The notes under the pieces were generated by a model. It had not been told where the DNA came from. It saw only the letters and a list, made by a program, of their open reading frames with translations, and made no database searches. From Tubiluchus corallicola (Eukaryota; Animalia; Priapulida): a DNA stretch of 64,000 bases. The stretch is taken from positions 322,779-386,778 of the forward strand of contig JAQGDQ010000209.1 of the NCBI GenBank assembly GCA_030141605.1, in the 5' to 3' direction. Within the stretch, counting starts at the first letter, position 1; every line of letters begins with the position of its first letter. This document shows, piece by piece, positions 1 through 55,140 of this stretch. A program made the position numbers and the translations under genes.

Positions 1-170
1 ATGCGGATGTGGGATAGATAAAGGGGTTTATATTATTTTCGTTGCAAGAGTTTATCAGATTTGCATTATGTGTTTTCTCTGCAGCTATTTCTTATTGACT
101 TTTTATATGCAGCTATTCCGCAGGTGGATAATGTATAACACACACACATTCCAGATGCTAGGTAAACGCC
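1..170 (-). mobile_element. MITE-like dispersed repeat (partial), same family as 54135-54331
   Basis: The reverse complement aligns by eye with 54135-54300 (CACCTGCGGAATAGCTGC...TCTGATAAAC...CATCCGCAT). Confidence 0.7.
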
Positions 171-1771
171 ACTTTAAACTTTGCATATAATCAGTTTTGT
201 ATAATGATATTTCACATCATCACTTTATTTTTGCCATTAGAACTCCACATGGTTAAAATCCTTTATTAACCCCAAAACCTCTAATAAGTACTGCAAGGGG
301 TATAAGAATTATAATTTTATTTCCAAACTTCTTTTCACTCATGAGTTATTCAGATTAATCAACAGGGTAAGAAAGCATAGCTGACCTTAAACTATGAAAG
401 TAAGATTACCCATAATCCTCCAAGGTTGATCTTAATGTAATGCTCTGTTGCTGCACAAGTTTTAAGTTCTTTTGTTCAGATGATTAGATGGTCTGCCATA
501 TTAAGCCTACCATGGTCTGATTAAGTTTGATTATGCCACTTTTTGTAACATTTAACTTGCTCAAATTGTTGCTAGATGGAAAAGTGCCAAAAACTTTAAA
601 CCACACCTAGTTATTAACCCAGGTTCATTCACTAAGCAGTAAATTTGTTAAATTACCAAGTAGTAGTTGGCTGTCTTTTATTAAGTTAAATTTCTAGGAG
701 TGTTGTAAAATTACTTTAATAGGCAACACGTTCTATTGAAAACATTGTGTTCCTGAATAATCTTGCGCCCAATTATGCACCAGGTGCAACTTATATTAAA
801 TCTGAATATATGCCGTGGATTTTGAATTATTGAAAATGACCGACCAACTATTAGTGTGCATCAAAAGCAGATAAAGATGAAAAACATATCTACAATAAAA
901 TTTGTTTCTGTAGTTTCGTCGCATATCCTTCCAAACGTTGTGAGCATTTAGTAATTTATTTATGTGGAAATACAGTCACGCAACATATAGAAACAATGAG
1001 AAAAAAATTATACAGTTAATATTATGATTTTATATGACAGCATGCATATAAATAATTGCAAGAATCAGAAGTAAAAGCTGGTTAGGTGCTTGTACCATTG
1101 TAAGCAAGTCCAAATAATTGAAAAAAGCCAAAAATGAGGGTTTAAGGTAGTTTAAAAGGAAAAAGTTGTGCAAAACAAGGATAAAAGTGATAGATAAAAG
1201 AATGTTAAAAATGATAGGGAAAATGGCTGGTGAAGATTCAGTTCAATGAGCTACACAAAAACACACAAAAAAGAAATAAGGTTATGACTGGTGACTGGTA
1301 TTCACACAGAAACAATAGATAGTTACCAAGGCTAATTTATATAAGCACCAAAAAGGTGTCATTTAATTGATGACTTAATGTGGTAAATGTCATAATGGCA
1401 CTTTACATTGGGCGGGGGGATACTACGTTCCACGGTTTAGGTCCGCTATAGCTAATGAAATGTTTTGGAATGTTACTTCTGCAGTAATTGAGTTGGCAAT
1501 CATTATGTCGAGTATTATGTGATTTGAATTCTTAATTACAGGATTCTTGGAGTTATGTAGGAATCAGATCATTTTTAGTTTTATAGAGAAATGTGGCAGT
1601 GTTATAGGAAATCAGATCATCAATTATTTGTACATCTACAATCACTATAGTATGATTTAGTGTGAACTGATTTTGGGGCTCTGTGTATGGTGAGTATAAA
1701 TTGATCTGCATATCATACACGAAGAACCATTTATGGTACTTTTTTTCAAACAGTAAAGATGACCTGTTTCA

Positions 1772-7679
<5,908 letters not shown>

Positions 7680-8169
7680 TATGTGCTACTGAAAAGTAAT
7701 GACAAAAATTGTCTTCCTATCACTAACAGCAAAAAGTAGTAACAGATTACTTTTGAGTTCCAGGTTTGGCTCATTTCTTGGCAAATACATATAATAAAAT
7801 AAGTGCGCAACTAACACCTGCTGAAGAAATGTAATTAGCAGTGGCACTCAAGGAACTCTGTTGAGCCCATTTTTATCAATGACATTACTGATTGTGTATT
7901 CTCTGACACATATGTAATTTGTCTATGACATAAAACCATACTGTCCAATTAGAAATATCTACAAATTGAGCAATGGTGTGCCAAATTGTTAATGTCTCTT
8001 AAAAATAGTAAATGCAATGTTCTTTCTATTCACTCTAGTTCTACACCTTATTACTTAAAATGTGGCATTTCCGAAGACTTCAGGTCTTCCGCAGTCACAC
8101 ATACATTCGAGTGTCTGACACATTTTTTCCAACTTTCTAACTCCAAATGAGTTAAAATAACCACAAAAG

Positions 8170-8530
8170 TATTTTTCCAATAGAGTTGAAATTAGATATA
8201 GTGATTAGTAAGGATATCCTTGATGTAAAATAAAAAATGGTACCAAGTTCTTTATTAATTAATCAATTAATTTTAAATTGGTTTAAATTCCGTGTTGCCA
8301 TGATCAGATGGAGTTGAAATTTCACAGGATGATTAGCCAGGATGTCCTTGGTTCAAAACCAAAAATTGGTAAATTAGTCAAGTAATCAAAGCTGTTTTAT
8401 TAATTAATTAAGTGATTTAAATTGGATGTCCAATTTGAGCTGAAATTTGACAGGATGATTCTCTAAGATGCCCTTGGCTCAAAACAAAAAGTGTAGCAAT
8501 TTATCAAGTAATTAGAGGTACTTAATTAAC
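8170..8530. repeat. Degenerate ~127-bp tandem repeat, 3 copies
   Basis: GAG(T/C)TGAAATT..ACAGGATGATT....GATG.CCTTGG.TCAAAA recurs at about 8182, 8311 and 8437. Confidence 0.75.
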
Positions 8531-9239
8531 TGCACTACAAGTGTGCAAAAGAATAATCAAATAAACTACTAGCTGTAGTACCTAGTTCTAGAAAAACAAG
8601 TGAAATGCAGCATGTGAAGTCTAGGCAGGACACATAGCTTATGATTCATAAAATTTTAATCAATTCGACAGGTCAGCAGCCAAGTCAACCTGTTGCCAGA
8701 CATTTGCAATAGACATGTGTTAATTAAGGGTGCTAAACATTTTGCAAAACAGAAATTAATAATGTATTCAGCTAAAATACAAGTCATATGGTACCGCTTA
8801 AGTGATTTTTATCATGAATATTAGCATAGGAGCTCACTTAGCTTTTAGATATGATATGAGATAGCAAAAATTCACCTTAACCAGATTTGAGATTACGAAC
8901 TAACCAGATTACGAATTACAGCCCTTTTCTTCTTGTGTTGTGGGCCCTTAAGGAAAGCCAGATCCCAACTTAAACTATAGCTCAAATCAATCTACCCTAC
9001 AAAATACTGAAAGAGAATATGATATTTTTTCAAGAATAGCTGGCATGAAAGTACTAATTCCTCGGGATGGTAATCTCTAGTTCAGTCATCTAGTTCTTCG
9101 CATAAATGATGGCCTTTTACTGCTCTAATCTGATTGATTTATGTATGTTAAATATCCTGACAGGTGGTGGCGCGATCCGGAAGATATCAGCGTGTTTTTT
9201 GTACCATGAATAATATTAGGTTCCCTCAAAAATCTAAGC

Positions 9240-9362
9240 GTCTTTCTGCCACTGCGGAAGTCTAGGATCAACAAATTTCTCAGGATGATTGAACCAGAAC
9301 CGATCTAATCGAGCTTTAAATTGAGAAACTGAAGAAGCACTCAAGATTCGTTTATTCCACAT
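9240..9362 (-). mobile_element. CR1/L2-type LINE ORF2 3' fragment
   Basis: WN...SASSVSQFKARLDRFW resembles the CR1-group ORF2 C-terminus. Confidence 0.6.
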
Positions 9363-10160
9363 AACATAACACATAACAAACTCCATGTTACAACTGGTAT
9401 TAGATAATTCAAATTTACAATTTACCAATTATTTAATTACAATTTAACAGTGTAAATAATTTAAAGGCAGTTACAAAAATGGTTGTGCCACACGTCCCCG
9501 TAAGCCTAGCTGAATGTAAAATTTGTGGAACAGAGGCAAACATAGGCCAACAGTTATGGCTAGTACAGGATCACGAAAATTGGAAAATGAAGAGACAACA
9601 AAAAAGAAAATTTGACTGACTACAAAATGATTACTTTAGATATCCAGCAACACTATCTAGCAATGCTGCATTCAGATTAACTGTAATGTCAGCTTTCTAA
9701 TAATGCAATAATATCATAGTCACAACAATAACTATGTCAAGCATTATAGTTCGGTGAATATTACCAGAAACGCTATGGCATTATTAATTATATAAATAAT
9801 GGCCTATACTAGTATAGTCTTAACATGTATACTTAAAGTTTCACCATACTTCAAAATGGCATAGGACATGAAAATTCATTCCGTCTACCTTTAACTGTAA
9901 AACCACTGAAGCGCCAAAGCTGTCTCAGTGTCGTTTTTGAGAAGAAACCGTCTCAAGTTTAGTTTACTAATTTTTGGCAAACAAATATTAAACCAAGGTC
10001 CTGGAAAGGCAAACTGCAACTAACTAAAACAACTCCTTTTGAAAAGGATAGGCCTAAATTTATTACACTACAAACCTGACAAGAAAATTTATACAAATCA
10101 ATCTTTACGAGCTCACAAAAATTAGAATAATTCACAAAATTTAACGACAATTCAACTCAC

Positions 10161-10204
10161 AGCAATTACACAACGAATGACGAACACAATCAACACATGG
10201 TAAT
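10161..10204 (-). other. CTSL: Probable non-coding first exon (5' UTR) of cathepsin L
   Basis: Runs from an Inr-like TCATT (10202-10206) to a GTGAGT donor (10155-10160, minus strand). It would splice to the acceptor at 7689. Confidence 0.6.
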
Positions 10205-10298
10205 GAGTCATACGTATGTCTGGTTTCCTTTATAGCTTAGTACGTTAAATGTAATTAGTCAACCGCAGAAACTGTTATGTAAACCTTCTTGTCATTGG
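10202..10298 (-). promoter_or_regulatory. Cathepsin L core promoter: CCAAT, TATAAA, Inr, overlapping AP-1 site
   Basis: Minus strand: CCAAT at 10294-10298, TATAAA at 10229-10234, Inr A at 10204 exactly 30 nt downstream of the TATA start, and TGACTCA at 10204-10210. Confidence 0.62.
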
Positions 10299-10849
10299 TC
10301 AAGAGACCGTTCTGCCCCGTTGCTAGACGGAAGTAGAATGACGCCATCTCTCTGGTCGGCGATCACTCACGACATCCATGCAGCAGACATGCACACAAGT
10401 CACATATACGGTGACTTGCTAATTTTTACTCAGCTTTTGAATTTTAGTATTTTTTGCGTAACTCGGCCAAAAATGCCTGTTCCGGTAAAATATACCTACA
10501 GTCGAAAAGCGAAAAAATAATATAAATATATTATGCAACCCAAAAGAAAAGAATATAATGATTGTGAATTTGTGATTGGCCATGCTAATACTAATTATTA
10601 TATTGTTTATGCTTGATCTTCTTCAGCAAAGCCGGCGAGAAAAGGTGTTGTAAATCACACCATAATTATATGGATCATGTACTTTATCCTGACTTCTTTA
10701 TAGCTTCCTTGTTTTTAGTTACAATTTTAATACAATACTTCGTTGACATATATTCTAATTCTCCTTAGTTTGCCTATATTTGCACTGTTTATGTCCTGCA
10801 CTGATTAGCCCCATTTAGCTGACACTTATTGCTTGACATTCAAAAAATA

Positions 10850-10955
10850 CGTTTCGTAACTTCTCTGTAACAATCGTCGTTTAAGAGCGGAAGAACTTCT
10901 TTTGCGTCATATTTTGGAGATATCAGTTTGTGAGTATCAAATAAAATGGCAACTT
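10850..10955 (+). promoter_or_regulatory. Candidate TATA-less POLR3A promoter / non-coding first exon
   Basis: Local CpG enrichment, ETS-like GCGGAAG (10887-10893), GTGAGT donor at 10930 and YY1-like AAAATGGC. A strong acceptor (tttactttgttttag, ending 11945) precedes the ATG exon. Confidence 0.35.
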
Positions 10956-11117
10956 GCATTAAGCCAGAGAATGTATGCACTGTGCTTAAGACTTAAGTAG
11001 AAAGAAATAAGCAAGGCGTTATTTGTGTTATTGTTCTGTGCCATAATTTATTGTATTGATCTGTGATATGTATATGAAGTTTAAAAAGTTTGAAATAAAA
11101 TATTAAATTAAATCAAA

Positions 11118-11660
11118 TTGCATGCTTTTGTTCAGCCCAGGAATGTATTAACTAGCAAGAAATATCTTCACACAATTCTTTGATTATTTTATGCTTACGT
11201 TACCAGCATATTACTGTACAACAGTGAAACATAGTGTTTAACGATTACTCAAGAAAAGCAGATTGAAAGATTTCATAGAAGTCTTCTAAGGGAAGTTTTA
11301 AATGTAACATGGCCAAACAATAAAAAAATGAAGATTTATATGCTAGAACGAAAGAAATTTCTATGAGCTCAAAAATCAAGTTCTGAAGATTAAGATGGCT
11401 AGGACACCTAAGATTACCAAGGGAGGTACCAGTAAGAATCACTTTAAAAGAAGCCTCATAACCTTGCAAAAAACCACCTGGAAAACAAAAAACAACTTGG
11501 ATAGCCTAAGGTAAATAAAGGTGTATAACAACTTCAACCAAATCTATTTTTGGGAGTTGAAGAACTTAGGTTCTTAGCTACAGATAGGACTGGGTGGAAT
11601 ACTCTACTAAATGTCAATGTCTACAATAGATGAAATAAGACCGTGAAGAAGAGAAGAAAG
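11118..11660 (+). mobile_element. RTE-type LINE 3' fragment
   Basis: Degraded AYVTSILLYNSET*..IERFHRSLLR..NEDLY..RLRWLGH..TTW, ending in a GAA-rich tail. Confidence 0.75.
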
Positions 11661-12082
11661 TACTTGTGTAGCTTGAGCAGAGTGTCACTATAATATTATG
11701 AACTTTATATGACAGCACCAGCTGTATAATAAGAGGAGGAATTAATAATAAGGAGTGTCAATAAGAGTGTCGATATTATTATTATATAATAATAATATGA
11801 ATAATCTGAAGTTGGAAAAAATCAGGTGAATGCATTGGCCACTTGACACTGTTCAAAGAAACACCATTGCACGAAGCCATGGACTACCACAAACACTGTT
11901 AACATGTAGTGGAATTAAGATTGTGTAACCTTTACTTTGTTTTAGGCAAACAGTAAAAGTCATGATTTTCATTTAAACTGAAGGATAATTCGACACGTGT
12001 TTACAGTATTGATTAAGACGACACTGGAAAGAACTTACTCATGGATCATATTGGCGACTAACTCCTAACTGTGAAGTTAAAG

Positions 12083-48012
<35,930 letters not shown>

Positions 48013-48499
48013 CATGATTAGTAATACAAGAATTATGTATTTAAATTGCGCATTCATCTTTCGTGTTGGTCATAGATGCAATACATCTTTCACAGAATTA
48101 TAAGACAATAAGCCTTTTCATAGTTTTGTTGTGCACACATGTAGTTGCTGTAGATTATAGGTTAAGTGTACCACAGCAACGTGCCTTAACCACAACCATA
48201 ATGTGACATGTTAGTAAAGTAAAGCTGTCTGCCACACCAGTTCAGTAACTTCAGTTGTTTTATGTAGACTTTATTTAATTATGCATTAGTCTGTGCATAG
48301 AGTGATTTACTGGCAGGATCTTGCTTGGGAACAAGAAAAAATTAACTAGGGGAGGTTCTAGCTAGCTATGAAAATGTTACTATTAGAATAACCTAGGCTG
48401 TAAGGCATTGTCAAGTGTACACAAATGCATTGTCTGGTTTATTTGACATTTGACCTTTTTACGATCTTCATCAATTGCTGGAACTGTGAAAAGGCTTAT

Positions 48500-48870
48500 T
48501 GGTAACTACATACCTTGTCCTTGCAGAACGTCACTTGTAGAACCTGTATTCTTGTATAATTCTGAATTGTGTACAGATGGAGTTGCGCAAAAAATGAAAT
48601 AGATGTCTTCCAAAGGCTTAAGTACAAAAACATGTTGGGTATGAAACGGCTGAGAAAAATTTTATTCCAAGATCTACAAACAAGAAGGAACAGAGTGAGG
48701 TGATACAGCAGCATCGGTCATACTACTTTAGTTTTTCTTAATGAAGAAGAAGTAATGAATGAGGTTATACAGAAGCGTCAACTTGGATGATGTGGACATG
48801 TCATTAGACTACCATAGGATTCTCCACTTACTACAGCATTACATCAAGCACTAATACCTGGGAAAAACCA
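48500..48870 (+). mobile_element. RTE-type LINE 3' fragment just downstream of the POLR3A stop
   Basis: FLYNSELCT..EIDVFQR...IQKRQLG*CGHVIRLP; same protein region as 11118-11660. Confidence 0.65.
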
Positions 48871-51800
48871 TAAAATACTTGCATTCATATGTACATACAC
48901 ATTTTATGAAGTAAAAGTACCAGCTGACAAATTACGAACACACAAACAACACCTAATCACTACTGGCGCTGCACGCGAGATAATTACAAAAGTCTCCAAG
49001 AAATAAAAGATGGGATGGAGTACTAATAATTAATATTAAAGTCCAATACCAAACAAACTGAGCTCATAGAATCTAATGGAAGAATTAATCAGTATTAACA
49101 CCATTTGACGTAAACAACGTAGATACTGGCATGTGGCAGCAGATCAGGGAACATAACATCAAATTATGAATTGAGCTATGTTGTCTAATGAAAGTACTTA
49201 ATATGATAAGGCAGTGATTTTGGAAAACTGAAATTTTAGAATTCTCAGAAGTATAAGCATGTAATGTAATATTACAACATGAGTGGAAAATATTGTGTAA
49301 TTTTAGTGAATAGTGATTGAGCAATTTTGTCATATGTGTTGCTGCCTCATCAAGGTTTTTTGGGCTATTTGAGAATTGTAAACTGATTTAGTACCATTAT
49401 AAAATTTGTGAGAATGTAGACAGAATCCATTTTATCTGAGTTAAACGATGTTTTCCAGACATCTGGTCTGTGTTATGCATTATACACATTATTGCATAAA
49501 AGTGACTTTATTTTATTTTCAATGAACCCGTTTATTAAACCTGCGTTATTGCATGATTTTTTCTGCAAATATTCCAATATTAACGCGTAAAGCATTCCAG
49601 ATGTCTTGTAAACGTTGCTTTAGACTTATAACTGAGAAACTGAAGTTTAGCAAAAAACGAAATCACTAGCAACTACTTAAATGGGGACATGATTTATTTG
49701 TATAATTGACATTTCGACTTTAAAACAAAATGTTGTAATCATGAGAGCACCTGTAAAACAAGTTTGTTTTGTTGAAAATGTAGGTATGGTTACTGTGATG
49801 CAGGTAAGGGTCTCTTTTAATACTGTGCAATAACAGTCTACAACAAAGAGGTGGGTAACTGTATAAAAAGATGGGGCAACCCGTCACCCTGCGTTTCCTC
49901 TCCACTACATCTCTACCGCAAGAATGAAAATGCATTTACAATACAGAACAGAATAATGGAGTTAAAATTATTTTGTTCTGTCTTTTAAATGTAGTTTCGT
50001 ATTTTAATGTTGAAATTTCTGTTATGAAATCAAAACCCTAGAGGGAGTTGAGCAATAATAAAAAAACAGACCGATGTTCAGTGTCCTTGACTCTTTGACC
50101 CCAGGACAAAGATCCTGTACCACTGCCTGAGCCCCTACCTCAGGTATCTATTACTCAAGTTTGGTGAGTGTAGGTACTATGGTTTTGGAGTTTTTCATTG
50201 TCATACAGGGAAAACGATAAAGAAATATGAAAGAAATGTTTTATGTAAAAGTAATTCTGAAATGAATGTTTAAATTCAAATAATTCAAATTCAAAGAATA
50301 TAGAATAAACGGCTGATTTTCAAGAACATTCTGTAAGTACTGCAGGACCTTAATAAATCATTGATGTTTAGGTGGGTGCTGGTGCTTTCTTATCTGATTT
50401 ACCCTTCGTTTGACATATTCCTTTGAGGCATTAAATGTTTGTGTGTTTTGCTCAGTCAGAGAGGAAACCATCACTTCTCATTGTGCTTCCAGCAGCTGTA
50501 ACAAGAGCATTTAATACATCTTCCATTCATTGCATTTTTTAACTGGAAGAGCACCACTTTGAATTTCTTTTTATAAGAATTAACCACATATATTTTAGAG
50601 TAGCTGGTACGCACAAGCAGGTTACCTGAAAACAGCAATGTGCCTGTAATTACCCAATAAAATATGTTAGAAAAATGCATTATAAACCTACTGGGCTTTA
50701 TCTTCTCTCTCTGCAAGAAATTTGTTTTGTAGCAAAGATAAGTTGTTAAAACAAATTTACTCGGTTTTGTTCCCCTTGAGACAGATATAATAAGTCGCTA
50801 AACGAAATTGATTATTACATTTCTTTTGATGTCCTTTTCGTAAACAGTTTATTAAAAATTGACGACTGTCACAATGTGATGATTTGTTGCTTGTTCGGAA
50901 GCGTAGGCTTATAATACGATAGTACTGTTAGAACAGTAATAAGTATTGAGACAAATAAAGATAGATGAATCTTTATTCAGAGTATGTATGCATGCATAAA
51001 TAAAAAAGAACAAATTGCTAACTGCTTTTGAACTAACTGAAACAATAGTGGTCAAACACAGAGATGGAAAACAGGTCAAAAAGAGATTTTTGGTTACTAA
51101 GCGGTAAAGGGTGTGTTCAAAGATGTCATACAAAAATAACTGCAAAATGTTTGTGGGTAGTTACTTTTTGTGATTTCTTCAACTAGCGTCACAAGGTTTT
51201 TCGCCCACGATACATTAAAAGTCTCACCTCATATACCGTACAAATGAAAGCATTACTAATTAGATACTATACATAAAATGAGCTACTCATTTAGAGCTAT
51301 GAGACACTGCTAAAAGCTATACATAAAATTATATTAAAACAAGCAATATACACATTAATTGTAAAACAAAAAAACTGTGCAAGGCATCATTAATGATTAT
51401 GACACGCTAGCCGATTCTCTTGTAACAAATTTTTATAATGATACTTTTCGAGAGACTTTCGAAAAGATTTTATCTATTTATCTAATAATCAAAATTACAT
51501 AGTATAAATAAAGAGGTGTTGTAAGATGAAATCACTCAACAGCAGATCTTACTAATAACGTTGAATGGTTTTGACGCTTACAAAGCCTAGTTTCTTTTTT
51601 TTAGAATAATTGCATGAGAGGAAACACTGAACTAATTTTAGATGCTTTTGAATATGTATACGAGAGAGATAATAGAAAGAGATAACCAGAAGCAGTATAG
51701 CATGGACTACTCAGAACTAGCTTACCTCACGGCTACCCATCAACTCATTAACCAAATTCAGGGCTGCTCAACTATCATAGCAAAGCACCCTCCATAACCA

Positions 51801-54134
51801 TTCCTTTATTTTTTCACCTTTAAAATTGTGCAACACTCTTGATGTTAATCATGTATGGTGGTAATGGTGATGATTACTATTGAAATTTTTTCGAAAGGCT
51901 GTCATTAATTAGATTAATTAATTTTAGTTTTGAAATTCTGCTCGCTTTTTGTGAAGCCTATAGTCAGTACTTGTAGTAATAAAGAATTTCATTGATTTAT
52001 GGGATAATGTAATGCAAAGCATCAAGCTGTCGCTAATTAAGGCTGCCTAATTAGTGTTTAAGCTGTTTGAAGCGTGTACATAATCAACGCAGATGCTTTA
52101 TTGAATTAAAGCTTGCAAGAACTAAAGGAGTTAGTGGATTATTGAGCATTTTTATACCCGGTATGAGTATTCCGTATTCAGCATTCGTTGTTTCGGTACG
52201 CAGTACAATACAATTATTATATCAAATCTGAAAAATATATTTCCTTATATAACAATACTATAATATTATCATTACAATATTGTATCGGTAGAAGATATGA
52301 TGATGATGAATCTTTTATTACGCCTCTATTTGCAGGTTCAATACATCAAAATTAAAAGTCGAATTCATGTAAAATGTAAAGATATTGACGACACACGTAA
52401 ATGCATATTGCACAGAATTACACAAAAATAAAAGCAACTGAACAAAATGATTTACAAATAAACAAATGGATGCGTATAAACAAATACGTTAAAATTTAAA
52501 GAAATATATAAAATGTTTAGGAATAGTAAAGTTTTACCAAGTTGTTGTAGTGATCAAATTCATACTGTAATTACTACGGCACTATTATACACTGTGCTTG
52601 TTCGTCAAATCTTTATAATTCTAGTACTTCTGTAAGTAAAGGTATCCTAGCGATTAGCTAACGTTTTCACAATGTACTCGTCTTTCATTAAGTAGTAGAA
52701 GACATGAATTATATATGAAAACACCATTATTTTGATTGAAATAACAATAAATTTTATTGAATTCTAATATTGTAAACAACATCAACTTTAAACAACGTTC
52801 AATAGTGTGAAAAACAAGTTGAAAGTGCTATAGTTAAAAACCTGCTTAAATTTTAGTTTTTTTAGTGTTGTTGTCAGATCTACATGTTGTTCCTAGCTGT
52901 TAAAAATAAAACAAAGAAGAAGAAGTTTAAAACATTATGGCATACGAAAATTATTGCACTCATACATGATTAAATGTTGTCAAATTACGTTAGCCGCACG
53001 TCACGAGTTAGTAGACGGTGTTCAGAATTTATCTGCAAAAAATAACATTTTGGTTCATTTATTCTAGCATTTTTCATGTTACAATTTACTCAACTAATTA
53101 CTGTGCACAGATATGTGGGAAAAACATATAGTACTGTATTACAACATAGTTCTTTTTCCAGTGTGAAATTGCCTGCACAAGGTTAAACGGATCTATCCTG
53201 GAAAAACAGGTCTATATAACAGGAAGTAAAGAATCACTTTATGTCTAATTACTAAATTAATAGTTTACCTTTACTATGTAAACCAGTTTTCTTGACGGCT
53301 TTAAACATAGCCTATCGCATTTGCGATGCATCGTACAGTAAAGTTTTAATTAATTTCATTAGGAAAGTTATTTTCTGAAACACAGTTAAAATTTATTGTC
53401 AAAAAATGCTCTTCAAAATTTCAGGAATAAAAAAAGTTGTCTGTCCAAATTTTACTGCATCTTATCTCATATGATTGCACTGGAACTGCGCAAACCAGCG
53501 TCTTTTGAAATGGTTTAATTGTGTTATCGTTAAGAGGCATCTGTTGATTAATCGCTTTATAGGCCTATTGCTGACTGCTTTGATGTTTATCTTTGGAAAG
53601 ATTTTTTATCATAAATTACAGAAGCTTATTTTTCTCATAATTTTGCTTTTTAGACATTAGGAGATCGCAGGAAGTGTTCTCTTTTCTTGAGTAAATTTTT
53701 CAACTGTTATCTCTGCCAAAGAAAAGACAACCGCAGCATCTTCATGTCCCTCGGGCGTCCAGATTTTTCAAACGCTGATCCGATCAAACAGGATTATATT
53801 CTTTATATTTACTCTTTTTATTTATGCAAAGATCAGTTTTGTGCTTCATATTAGTGCAGTATGCAAATGTTGAGATGGCAATTTTGTGTTGTATTTCAGA
53901 AGCAGTTCAAGCAAAGGCAGAATTGTGCTGTTTGGGTATTTACATTAGAAAAATTGTGTTCACGTAAGATATTAACACAGTTTTTTTTACTTTGTTTATA
54001 TCGGATTTCGATTTCACACGCCCGAATCTTGAATACGTGTTCATGTAATAGTGATAGCCTTCGTTTCCTCTTTTGTTTCGAAAAATGTTAGGTCAATTTG
54101 ATACACGTAGCTAGGTTTCTTCCCATCTTTAATT

Positions 54135-54331
54135 GGCGCTTACTAGACATCCGGAGTGCGTTATGCGTTATACACCTGCGGAATAGCTGCCCATAAAAAT
54201 CACTAGGAAATAACTGCAGAAAAAATAACGCATAACGCAGTCTGATAAACGGTTGCATTGAAAACAATATCAACGGATTTTATTTATTCGGCATCCGCAT
54301 AACGCATACGCAATTACCCGATGTCTAGTAA
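54135..54331. mobile_element. ~190-bp MITE
   Basis: 12-bp inverted repeat TTACTAGACATC (54140-54151) / GATGTCTAGTAA (54320-54331), subterminal GCGTTAT/ATAACGC motifs, and a homolog at 1-170. Confidence 0.75.
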
Positions 54332-54559
54332 ACTTTAGTGGGCTAGCTTTGAGAATGAATTAGGCAGGTATCAATAGTTTGAAAATAAGATAGTGCTCTT
54401 CTGAGACTTGCCATGGTCATAATCGTAAAGAAGACCAAGTGCCCATTAAGCTTACAATAATTATAAAATTATAAAAATTACAAATTAAAAATTAAGAACA
54501 ATAAAAATTATAATAATTTTTATTATTATGCCTCTACCTTACAGCTGTCGAAGTCTGTG

Positions 54560-55140
54560 AAGGACAAAAGCGCCTGTAAAAAAATAAAATTTTTGAGACT
54601 TAACGAGCACCTTGCCTTCTTTACGATTATGTAGGTATCATAACGATCTACTTTAGGTAGGCCATGCCTCTGAGTACTGGATATGGGCTTCTGGAGTGGC
54701 CAATTATAGGTGAATATAAGCAAATAAAATATACAAATAAAAAAGCAAAATGAAAGAAAGTAAAGTACTGTACATGTAAAAGTAAAACAAGAGCATGGCA
54801 GCGCAAGGTAGGTGAAACACTCGCCAAAGGTAACAACACACTGCTAGACTGCAAAGTTTGCTGTCTCTGGATAGACCATTACTGAGCAAAATAAACCTTA
54901 AGTCAGATTTATTTAACGTCTTTTTGATGGCACAATAAGAAACTCCGAGGTCACCCACTGAGATGCCAGCAACGCTGTTATCTGTTAATGAAAAGGAATG
55001 ACTAAGCTGCAAAGGTAAGACGGGTGGACACCTGATATAATGATGAGAAATGTTGACGACTGTCATTATTGGCGCAAATTGAAAGAAATGATTACAGCGC
55101 TCAAACTCGTAAATGGACCTAGAAGCCATAGTTACCCCAA
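54560..55140 (-). mobile_element. Degraded CR1-like LINE RT fragment
   Basis: V.DLGV...SRD.KL and LRGMAY..D.Y.IVK remnants spread across frameshifted ORFs. Confidence 0.5.
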
